Assembly (NCBI GenBank): GCA_040380025.1
Contig: JBEIJY010000004.1
Location: forward strand, 45,851 to 109,850
Direction: 5' to 3'
From: Bdellovibrionales bacterium
Lineage (GTDB): Bacteria; Bdellovibrionota; UBA1018; CAIMNF01
Length of the DNA stretch: 64,000 nt
Part shown: positions 55,219 through 64,000 of the stretch, piece by piece
Position numbering within the stretch: the stretch's first letter is position 1
Layout: each line of letters opens with the position of its first letter
Made by a program: the position numbers and the translations under genes
Notes under the pieces: model-generated
The model's input: the letters and a program-made list of their open reading frames with translations, nothing else
The model's database searches: none
Told to the model about the DNA's origin: nothing

Positions 55219-56486
55219 GCGGATTTTCGCCGGTGGTGGCAATCTCGGTTTTTGTTCTGCTTCTGATTGAGGGGTTCTTCTCGGGCTCGGAGCTCGCGCT
55301 CCTCTCGGCGGACCGCCTGAACCTGAAGAAGCGGAGCAAGCAGGGCGAGCAAGGCGCGGGAAAAGCCCTGCGGCTTTTGAAGTCCCCCGACCGGATCCTC
55401 TCGACCACGCTGATCATGACCAGCCTTTGCGTGATGGCGATCTCGGTGCTCCTGACCCTTGAGTTCCGGCGTCTGCACGGCGAACACGGAGAGCTTTATG
55501 CCGTGATCGCGGGTTCGCTCCTCGTCATTATCATCGGAGAACTGATTCCGAAGTTTCTGTGCCGGAAGTTCTCGGCTTATCTGGCCCCCCGCGTGGCCCA
55601 GCCTATTTTCGTCGCGCAGAAGATCCTGTTCCCCTTCATTCACGTCACGACCCTCTACACCTCGCAGATCGCGAAGATCGTCGGTCCGATCGAGATGACC
55701 TGGAGCGGGAAACGCGAAACCGCGAAAGAGGAGCTTCAGGGGCTTCTCGCCTCGGACCACGAGGACACGCAGATCAAATCCGAAGAAAAAACCCTGATCC
55801 GGAAGATTTTGCGGTTCCGGGACAAGATTGCGAAAGACGGGTTTTTGCAACTCGTGCAAGTCGATGCGATCGAGCGCCAGAGTTCGCTGATGGAGGCCTT
55901 CGAGCTCTTCCACCGCAAGAAGCACTCGCGGCTTCCGGTTTATGACGAGCGGATCGACAATGTGGTCGGGGTGCTGGAGCTCTCGCAGATCCTGAGACAG
56001 ACCGATCTGACCCAGACCATCGATCGCTTCATCAAGCCGGCCATTTATGTGCCCGAGAATCAGAAGCTCGAGCTGATCCTGAACGAGATGCTCGAACGCG
56101 ATTATCAGATCGCGATCGTGGTCGATGAATACGGCGGCGCGATCGGGATCCTGACCCGCGAGGACATCTTCGAGCAAATCGTCGGCGACATCGAGGACGA
56201 GGATGATCCCGAAAAGAGGCCCATCCGCGAAGCCGGCCGGGACCGCTGGATCGTAAAGGCGCGTACGACCATCGCCGAGCTGAATGACGGGCTCGGGCTC
56301 GAACTGCCGGAAGGCGACTATGACACGATCGGGGGGTTTCTTTTGCGTCAATTTTCTCGCATTCCGGAGCCGGGCGATGAGTTGTTTTTTGACACCCGCG
56401 GGGCACAATTGCATTTCGTCATCCGCGACGCGAGCCGCAGAAGAATCGAGAGCGTGAGCATTGAAAGAATCCGGTCCGAGCCGTAA
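55215..56486 (+). CDS. Hemolysin/CorC-family CNNM-CBS protein
   Basis: FFSGSELAL, GELIPK, HSRLPVY, VVDEYGG, YDTIGG. Confidence 0.9.
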   Translation: MSGFSPVVAISVFVLLLIEGFFSGSELALLSADRLNLKKRSKQGEQGAGKALRLLKSPDRILSTTLIMTSLCVMAISVLLTLEFRRLHGEHGELYAVIAGSLLVIIIGELIPKFLCRKFSAYLAPRVAQPIFVAQKILFPFIHVTTLYTSQIAKIVGPIEMTWSGKRETAKEELQGLLASDHEDTQIKSEEKTLIRKILRFRDKIAKDGFLQLVQVDAIERQSSLMEAFELFHRKKHSRLPVYDERIDNVVGVLELSQILRQTDLTQTIDRFIKPAIYVPENQKLELILNEMLERDYQIAIVVDEYGGAIGILTREDIFEQIVGDIEDEDDPEKRPIREAGRDRWIVKARTTIAELNDGLGLELPEGDYDTIGGFLLRQFSRIPEPGDELFFDTRGAQLHFVIRDASRRRIESVSIERIRSEP

Positions 56487-56509
56487 ACTGTTGGCAGGGG
56501 CGGTGCCAA

Positions 56510-56917
56510 ATGCGAACGGAGTCCAAAACAGTCCTGATCGTCGATGACATCCTTTATGTCCGAAAAACCTTGCGGCAGATTCTCGGGAGCCGGGGATTCG
56601 AGATCGCGGGAGAGGCCGAGAACGGCGAAGAAGCGATCCGGATGTATCGCGAGATCCGCCCGGATTTCGTGACGATGGACCTTGTAATGCCCATTTTGAA
56701 CGGCGTCGAAGCGACCCGCGAAATCCTGAAGGAAGATCCGGATGCCTGCATCATCGTGCTCTCGGCCATGATGCAAGAGAACCTCGTCACCGCCGCGATC
56801 GAAGCCGGGGCGAAGGATTATATCTTGAAGCCATTCCAGACCGATGAAGTGATGGAAGTGATTCGCGGCACGGTTCCGGGTGCCACAATCCCCACCGATG
56901 CCGGCGGAGCGGCATGA
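56510..56917 (+). CDS. CheY-like single-domain response regulator
   Basis: LIVDD, MDLVMP, LSAM, ILKPF. Confidence 0.9.
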   Translation: MRTESKTVLIVDDILYVRKTLRQILGSRGFEIAGEAENGEEAIRMYREIRPDFVTMDLVMPILNGVEATREILKEDPDACIIVLSAMMQENLVTAAIEAGAKDYILKPFQTDEVMEVIRGTVPGATIPTDAGGAA

Positions 56918-57075
56918 ACACGATTCGCGCGATCCTGAAATGGAGTTTGCTGGTTCTGGTGATTCTGGCGCTGTCTCACATTGTCGAGATCCGCGGGGTT
57001 TCGGTCTCGGAGCATGTGCGGAATGCGCTGAATTGGATCAGCGCATTCCTGCCGGCAAAGCTCATGGAAAAATAA
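56914..57075 (+). CDS. 53-aa small membrane protein (below ORF-track cutoff)
   Basis: MNTIRAILKWSLLVLVILALSHIVEIRGVSVSEHVRNALNWISAFLPAKLMEK; ATGA overlap with the regulator; GGAG upstream. Confidence 0.6.
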   Translation: MNTIRAILKWSLLVLVILALSHIVEIRGVSVSEHVRNALNWISAFLPAKLMEK

Positions 57076-57110
57076 AAAAAAAACGGGCGAGTCCGTCATG
57101 GACCCGCCCG
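57074..57110 (-). terminator. Terminator for the minus-strand small gene
   Basis: CGGGCGAGTCC-GTCAT-GGACCCGCCCG with A-run on the left (U-tract on minus). Confidence 0.7.
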
Positions 57111-57137
57111 CCCTCCCGTGCGTTCAGGATATCAGAA

Positions 57138-57320
57138 TCAGCTCGCTTTTTCGGCGACGTGCTTCGCCTTCGCGTTCTGATACAAATTCTGCTGGATTTT
57201 CTTGTCATCTCCCACGAGCTTCGTGCAGTGCGCTTTCCCGGCTTCTTTCGACTTCACCACTCCTGCCAAAGCAGACGATGAGAATGCAGCAAACAACGAC
57301 AATACAAACAAGACCTTCAT
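57138..57320 (-). CDS. 60-aa secreted small protein
   Basis: Signal peptide MKVLFVLSLFAAFSSSALA; GGAG upstream; own promoter and terminator. Confidence 0.7.
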   Translation of the reverse strand: MKVLFVLSLFAAFSSSALAGVVKSKEAGKAHCTKLVGDDKKIQQNLYQNAKAKHVAEKAS

Positions 57321-57393
57321 AACGACTCCATCAATCCGATCACCGGATTGCTCTCTGTTTTTCGAAAACGTGCCGCATACCTACCCATTGATT

Positions 57394-57410
57394 AGCATCA
57401 GGCGTGCCAA
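57394..57410 (-). promoter_or_regulatory. Sigma54 promoter for the 60-aa secreted protein
   Basis: Minus strand TTGGCACG-CCTG-ATGCT (GG-N10-GC), AT-rich upstream region. Confidence 0.65.
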
Positions 57411-57539
57411 CTCCTGAACTTGGGCCCACAACAAGGCAAGACATTGAAATAAATGAAGAAATCCAGATTCAAGAAAAACAAAATTCGTTTACCTGGAGCT
57501 TTTCGGACAGGTGGGTGTTCTCGGTTTGTACACAGGTGT

Positions 57540-58231
57540 CTATTTTTGTGACAGCAGGACCCGCTCGAGTTCTGCTAAAAAAGCGGCCTCCCAACGGGAA
57601 CGCCAGTCCGCGCCGAACCACTCGCGGGGAATCGAGGGCTGATCCTGAAGCCGGGTCATGACCTCGGACTCGAACCCGCAGGGCGAAAACGCCCGAAAGG
57701 GCGCAAGCGAGTTCACGACATTCATCGCAACGCCGTGATAGGTGACCCATTTGCGGATCGCGATCCCCACCGAGGCAAGTTTGCGGCTCCCCACCCAGAC
57801 CCCGCTGCCGCCGGGACGGCTCTGCGCTTCGATCTGAAAGGAGCAAAGCAGGTGGATCCAGACATTCTCAAGAAATCGAATGTAGCGATCGACATCAGGA
57901 CCAATGAAAGACCCGATCGGCCCCGTTCCGCCGAGCTTTACGATCGGGTAGACGACGAGCTGGCCCGGTCCATGCCAGGTAAGATCCCCTCCCCGCTCGA
58001 TCTCGACATAATCGGTTCCTTCGGGGGTGATCAAAAGCGGCTTCGCACGCTCGGCCCGGTCGGCCCGCCACTGAAGCCCGCGGCCCCGCGTGATGACCGG
58101 AGCATGCTCGACGAAAAGGAGAGTGTCTTCGATTTCGTCATCGATGCGCTTTTGCAAAAGGCCCCGCATGGTCTCATGAACCTCATGAAACCGCGCGGGG
58201 CCCGGAATCGAAATCACATTCAAGCGGGACA

Positions 58232-58232
<1 letters not shown>
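57540..58232 (-). CDS. lipB: Octanoyltransferase LipB
   Basis: VEHAPVIT.GR, RGGDLTWHGPGQLVVYPI, KLASVGI, YHGVAMN, PCG; start MSRLNV. Confidence 0.92.
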
Positions 58233-59641
<1,409 letters not shown>

Positions 59642-59668
59642 AGTTGTCTCCTTGGTTCGGTTCGCGCG

Positions 59669-60931
59669 TCAGGCAAGCAAAAGAAGCGACGGGTTCTCGA
59701 TGAACGAGACGAAAGTCTTCATGAACTCCGCCGCTTCGGCGCCGTCGAGGATCCGGTGATCCATGCTGATCGAGAAATACGTCCAGTCGCGGATCGCAAG
59801 CCGCTCCTTGCCGTTCTTGTTGATCACGACGGGCTTCCGGAAGATCTTGTTGAATCCCAGGATCGCGACTTCAGGATAATTGATGATCGGAGTGGCGAAG
59901 AGCCCGCCGATCGAGCCTGCGTTCGTGAGCGTGATCGTGCTGCCTTGGAAGTCTTCCATAACGAGCTTCTTCTTGCGGGCGCGATCGACGAGATCGGCGA
60001 TCTCGGAGGCGAGCTCGAAGACGCTCTTCTGCTCGACATGCTTCACGACCGGCACGGTGAGCCCGTCTTCGGTCTGCACCGAAAGCGAGATATTGTAAGT
60101 GTGATGCGTGACGATCTCGTTGGTCGCCTCGTCGATCGTGGAGTTCAGCTTGGGATGCACCTTGAGCGCGGCCACCATCGCCTTCAGGATGAACGGCAAA
60201 TAGGTGAGCTTGATGCCCTTCTTCTCGGCGATTGCTTTCGCCTGTGCGCGGAGCTTGACGAGCTCGGTCGCATCGGCTTCTTCGACGTAAGTGAAGTGCG
60301 CGGCCTTGTCTTTCGACTGGCGCATCTTCTCAGAGATTTTCTTTCTCATGCCGCGGATCGGGGTACGTTCGACTTCGCCCGGAGCGAACACGCGGGATGC
60401 CGCTTTGGCGCTCATCGCAGAAGCCGTACTTCCGCCGCCCGAAAGCGCACGTTCCACGTCTTCCATCAGCACCCGTCCGTGAGGACCGGTCGCGGGAACC
60501 GAAGAAATCTCGACGCCTTTTTCGCGCGCGAGTCTGCGGGTCGCGGGGGAGGCCAGAACATCGGCCGAAACATCATGGGCCTTGGCGGGTGCGGGAGCGA
60601 CCGCCGGAGCAGGAGCGTGGGTCACCGCGGGCGCGGAATGCGCCGGAACCGCGTGGGAAGAGGCCGCAACCGCACCGGCTCCACCGGCCGAAGCGCCACC
60701 GGCGACCTCGGCGACCACCATGAGCTGGTGAACTTTCACGATCTCGCCCTCTTTGGCGACGAGTTGCTTGATTTTTCCTTTGAAGGGCGAGGGAATCTCG
60801 ATCGTGGCCTTGTCGGTCATCACTTCGCAAAGAGGCTGGTCATCCTGAATGAGGTCTCCCTCTTTCACGCGCCACTTTACGAGTTCGCCTTCATTCACTC
60901 CTTCACCGAGTTCCGGCAGTCTGAATTCCAT
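59669..60931 (-). CDS. 2-oxoacid dehydrogenase E2 acyltransferase (PdhC/BkdB type)
   Basis: LPELGEG, MTDKA lipoyl motif, [18 protein letters not shown]. Confidence 0.92.
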   Translation of the reverse strand: MEFRLPELGEGVNEGELVKWRVKEGDLIQDDQPLCEVMTDKATIEIPSPFKGKIKQLVAKEGEIVKVHQLMVVAEVAGGASAGGAGAVAASSHAVPAHSAPAVTHAPAPAVAPAPAKAHDVSADVLASPATRRLAREKGVEISSVPATGPHGRVLMEDVERALSGGGSTASAMSAKAASRVFAPGEVERTPIRGMRKKISEKMRQSKDKAAHFTYVEEADATELVKLRAQAKAIAEKKGIKLTYLPFILKAMVAALKVHPKLNSTIDEATNEIVTHHTYNISLSVQTEDGLTVPVVKHVEQKSVFELASEIADLVDRARKKKLVMEDFQGSTITLTNAGSIGGLFATPIINYPEVAILGFNKIFRKPVVINKNGKERLAIRDWTYFSISMDHRILDGAEAAEFMKTFVSFIENPSLLLLA

Positions 60932-61934
60932 CTGGTTCTCCTTGCTTTGGGTTGTTGTGGTTTGAGGTGCGGGTTCCGCTCTCGCGGATCAGGCCTTCGA
61001 GGAACAGCTCGGCGGCCTTGTAGCTCGACCGGACCATCGGACCGGAGGCCACGTACAGGAATCCTGCTTCTTTTGCTTCGGTTTCGAGCGCCTGGAACTC
61101 CCCGGGAGAGTAATACTTCTCGACCGGAAGGTGCTTCAGCGACGGACGCAGATACTGCCCGAGCGTCAGAACATCGATGCCATGAAGGCGCAGGTCTGAA
61201 AACGCTTGGGTGAGCTCGGCCGCGGTTTCGCCAAGACCGAGCATGATCGAGCTCTTGGTGTGAAGACGCCGGCCACTGGCGCGCGCGTATTCCTTGGCAT
61301 GCCGGAGGGTCTCGAGGCTCTGTTGGTATCCCGCACGCGGATCGCGCACCCGATACTGAAGCCGGTAGACGGTTTCGATGTTGTGGGCGTACACATCGAG
61401 TCCGGAATCGACGATGGTTTCGACCGCCCTGAAGTCGCCCCGAAAATCAGGCACGAGGGCCTCGACCAGAATGCGGGGGTCCAAGCGCTTCAGTTCACGG
61501 ATAGTTTTCGCAAAATGTTCGGCTCCGCCGTCGCGAAGATCATCGCGATCGACCGAGGTCAGAACCACATACTTGAGACCAAGCTCGGCGACCGAGGCCG
61601 CGACCTTGAAGGGCTCGTCAGGGTCCAGCGGCGGGGGGCGCCGTGCGGTTTGAATCGCACAGAAGCGGCAGGCGCGGGTGCAGACCTCGCTTCCGAGCAT
61701 GAAAGTGGCGGTTCCGCCGGCCCAGCATTCCGAGACGTTCGGGCAATGCGCTTCCTCGCACACCGTGTGCAGATTGCGCTCGCGAAGCATTTGCTTGATG
61801 CGGGTGTAGTTTTCTCCCGCGGGAGGACGGATCTTCAGCCACTCGGGCTTGCGCAAAGGAGCGATCTTGCTCGCCTCCGAGGGAGACAAGGGCCGCTCTT
61901 GATCCGGACGATATTCGTTGGACTGGGAAGACAT
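60903..61934 (-). CDS. lipA: Lipoyl synthase
   Basis: [27 protein letters not shown]. Confidence 0.96.
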   Translation of the reverse strand: MSSQSNEYRPDQERPLSPSEASKIAPLRKPEWLKIRPPAGENYTRIKQMLRERNLHTVCEEAHCPNVSECWAGGTATFMLGSEVCTRACRFCAIQTARRPPPLDPDEPFKVAASVAELGLKYVVLTSVDRDDLRDGGAEHFAKTIRELKRLDPRILVEALVPDFRGDFRAVETIVDSGLDVYAHNIETVYRLQYRVRDPRAGYQQSLETLRHAKEYARASGRRLHTKSSIMLGLGETAAELTQAFSDLRLHGIDVLTLGQYLRPSLKHLPVEKYYSPGEFQALETEAKEAGFLYVASGPMVRSSYKAAELFLEGLIRESGTRTSNHNNPKQGEPDGIQTAGTR

Positions 61935-62019
61935 GCTCTCTCCGAAATCACGGTTCTTTTGATGAACCGGGATCTTACCGGAGAGGGGGGTTAATTCTCA
62001 ACTGAAAAAGTAAGATTAG

Positions 62020-62235
62020 CTATTTGGCGATCTCGGCTTTGGCTGCATTCTTCCGAACCTGGTCCACCTTTGCATTTCTGAGAACTGCCTCTTTGGCTCG
62101 GCACTGCTTCGAAAGGTCATCCGTACAAGTGGGGCAACAGGTCGACTGATCCTGCTTCGGCACGACTTCTGCCCTTGTCCCGGTTGCAAGACCAAACCCG
62201 ACCCCCACTACAACCAAACCCATGAACAGACGCAT
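62020..62235 (-). CDS. 71-aa secreted Cys-rich small protein
   Basis: Signal peptide ending TRA; TCCPTC..QC; GGAGGG upstream. Confidence 0.6.
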   Translation of the reverse strand: MRLFMGLVVVGVGFGLATGTRAEVVPKQDQSTCCPTCTDDLSKQCRAKEAVLRNAKVDQVRKNAAKAEIAK

Positions 62236-62307
62236 TCGACTACCCTCCCGAATCCTATTTTATTGCAAATCAAAGCTCCCCGCCAATCCACTAAAACGAT
62301 TTTTAGA

Positions 62308-63993
62308 CTAAATCGACATCGTTACGCCCGCGGGCGCGGTGATGTCGATCAGGTTCTTCAGCATCCGCATGATCTCGGCCGAAACGTTCGCCCCGCCGTT
62401 GCTCTCGACCCGGTCGACCTCGCCGCTGTTCTTGTAGGTGAACTTCACGGATCCCATCTTGGCATCCGAGATCTCGATCGGCTTCGAGAACTCGTTGTAT
62501 TTGAAGGTCAGCGTGCGCTTGTCCTGGTCGACGAGCGCCTGGATCATCCCGTTACGATCATAGAGGATCTTCACGGTTTTCTTGTCGCTGTTCCGGGCCA
62601 CCACAAGACCGAGCGTGTTCGGATCATACTGGAACTCGCTCCACCGGATGCCGCCGCTTTTGCTCTTCTTGAGCACCTTCGAGACCTTGCCGGCCTTGGG
62701 ATCATACGAGTACTCAGTGGTCTCGTACGGAGTCACTTTCTTGACCATCCGGCCCTTCAGATCATACTCCATGGAGGTGACCCGGCCGTTCGAGGTGATC
62801 TTGGCTGGGAAGGCGAGGCGATCGTCGTACACCGTCTCGGTCACGTCGCCATCGACGTCAGCGATCATCTTCCAGGTGAACTCGTCGCCGTCCTTCTTCT
62901 TTTTGAAGAAATACTGGTACTTCGAATCGGTGGTGACCACGCCTTTCGAGTTCTTGGCCAGAACCTTCACGGTGTACTGATCGGCGTTGGCCGTGATGTA
63001 ATCGTATTCGTTCTTCGATCCGTCCGGATTCGTGACCGAACGGACACTGTTCTTCTTGTCGGGGCCGTAGTACTCGATCGCCATCTTCTTCGGCTCGCCT
63101 TTTTCGTTTTTCTCGCCCGGATACCCGATCTCGATCAGGTTCAGGTACTCATCGCGGCTGTAGCGGAAGGTATTCTCGACTCCCGCATCGTCCTTCGAAT
63201 AAACGAGGGTTTTGTCCTTGTCATAGCGGAAGGCGGCGGACTTCCCGCTTTCTCCGGTGATCTTCTCGACCAATCCTTCGGGTGTGTACGAGAGGTTGAT
63301 CCGGCGGTTCTGGTTGTCGACGATCTGGATGAGAAGGTTGTTCCGGTCATACGAGAAGTTCAAAAAGTTCTTGCGGGCGTCGGCGATCTGCACGAGCTTT
63401 CCCGCCTCGTTGAACTTGTGGACTCCCCCGTCGGACATCACCCGGACATACCCGCCCTTCACCTTGGTGATGTACTGATACTGATACTGGGTGGTGGTGA
63501 ACTGTACACCCTCGGCGACCGGCTTGCGCGGCAGAAACCCCTTCATGATGAAACTCGAATACTGCGCGGACCGGAATGCAGAATCGGCCGCGAGCTTCGC
63601 CCGGTACTCGTCGAGAGCTTTTCCGCTCGAGATCACACCGGCCTTTTTCGCGGCTCCGAGAATGAGATTGACTCCGTCTTCGATCGATTTTTCGGTGAGA
63701 TTCTTCGGCGTGAAGCGCACGGACGCACCTCCTCCGAACTCGGTGAGGATCAGACTGCCGTCGGGATCCTGGTCGAGGCGGACCTCGTACTCGGTCCCCC
63801 AGGAGTAGCCGAACATCCCGAAGTAATCGGATTTTGAATTGTACACCCGCTCGATCTTGGGCTCGATTCCGCCCGGATACGAGAAATCGCGGAGCGAAAC
63901 GAAGAAATTCCCGTTCCGGAGACTGACCTCCGCGCGTGCGTACGCGGTTGAAACCGAAAAAAACAGAATTGCGAACCATCCGACGTGTCTCAT
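62308..63993 (-). CDS. Secreted RHS/YD-repeat protein (DUF6531-like N-terminus), no toxin tip
   Basis: Signal peptide; VSLRNGN..RVYNS..GMFGYSW; multiple YD repeats. Confidence 0.85.
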   Translation of the reverse strand: MRHVGWFAILFFSVSTAYARAEVSLRNGNFFVSLRDFSYPGGIEPKIERVYNSKSDYFGMFGYSWGTEYEVRLDQDPDGSLILTEFGGGASVRFTPKNLTEKSIEDGVNLILGAAKKAGVISSGKALDEYRAKLAADSAFRSAQYSSFIMKGFLPRKPVAEGVQFTTTQYQYQYITKVKGGYVRVMSDGGVHKFNEAGKLVQIADARKNFLNFSYDRNNLLIQIVDNQNRRINLSYTPEGLVEKITGESGKSAAFRYDKDKTLVYSKDDAGVENTFRYSRDEYLNLIEIGYPGEKNEKGEPKKMAIEYYGPDKKNSVRSVTNPDGSKNEYDYITANADQYTVKVLAKNSKGVVTTDSKYQYFFKKKKDGDEFTWKMIADVDGDVTETVYDDRLAFPAKITSNGRVTSMEYDLKGRMVKKVTPYETTEYSYDPKAGKVSKVLKKSKSGGIRWSEFQYDPNTLGLVVARNSDKKTVKILYDRNGMIQALVDQDKRTLTFKYNEFSKPIEISDAKMGSVKFTYKNSGEVDRVESNGGANVSAEIMRMLKNLIDITAPAGVTMSI

Positions 63994-64000
63994 GCGAGCC

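Noticed and set aside
56491..56509. TTGGCA-N7-TGCCAA as a sigma54 promoter for the CheY-like gene
   Set aside because: GG-N10-GC fits, but the start site would fall downstream of ATG 56510; may be a small hairpin or chance
62260..62290. Sigma54 promoter for the 71-aa Cys-rich gene
   Set aside because: TTGCA is present but there is no GG at the required spacing

Overview
GC-rich bacterial chromosomal window. Gene content (hybrid MaeB, GYF-domain protein, toxin-less YD-repeat protein, Cys-rich SBBP propellers, sigma54 motifs) suggests a Bdellovibrionota/Oligoflexia-like organism; this is inference only. Most of the window is densely packed housekeeping genes: rsmI, tgt, rdgB, ridA, maeB, rpoH, rpsO-pnp, tmk-holB-mla-lepB, glpD, aspS, sucAB-lpdA, dprA, rluD-lon and lipA-E2-lpdA-lipB. 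I saw no rRNA, tRNA, CRISPR array, transposase or integrase. The best candidate for an undescribed system is a family of three secreted, Cys-rich, 7-bladed SBBP-type beta-propellers in two more AT-rich islands (26.4-30.4 kb, 40.9-43.2 kb). They have variable loops, share an upstream promoter/operator motif (a fourth copy precedes a decayed gene), and the tandem pair has a duplicated 77-bp 3' element and a 150-nt structured spacer. Other oddities: a Tgt fused to an MnmC/MnmD-type methyltransferase; an NtrC-like regulator with every AAA+/sigma54 motif degenerate and no HTH; an internally deleted ORF6N-gene remnant containing a perfect palindrome; a DUF4143 nuclease with a D-to-N change; and apparently frequent leaderless genes.
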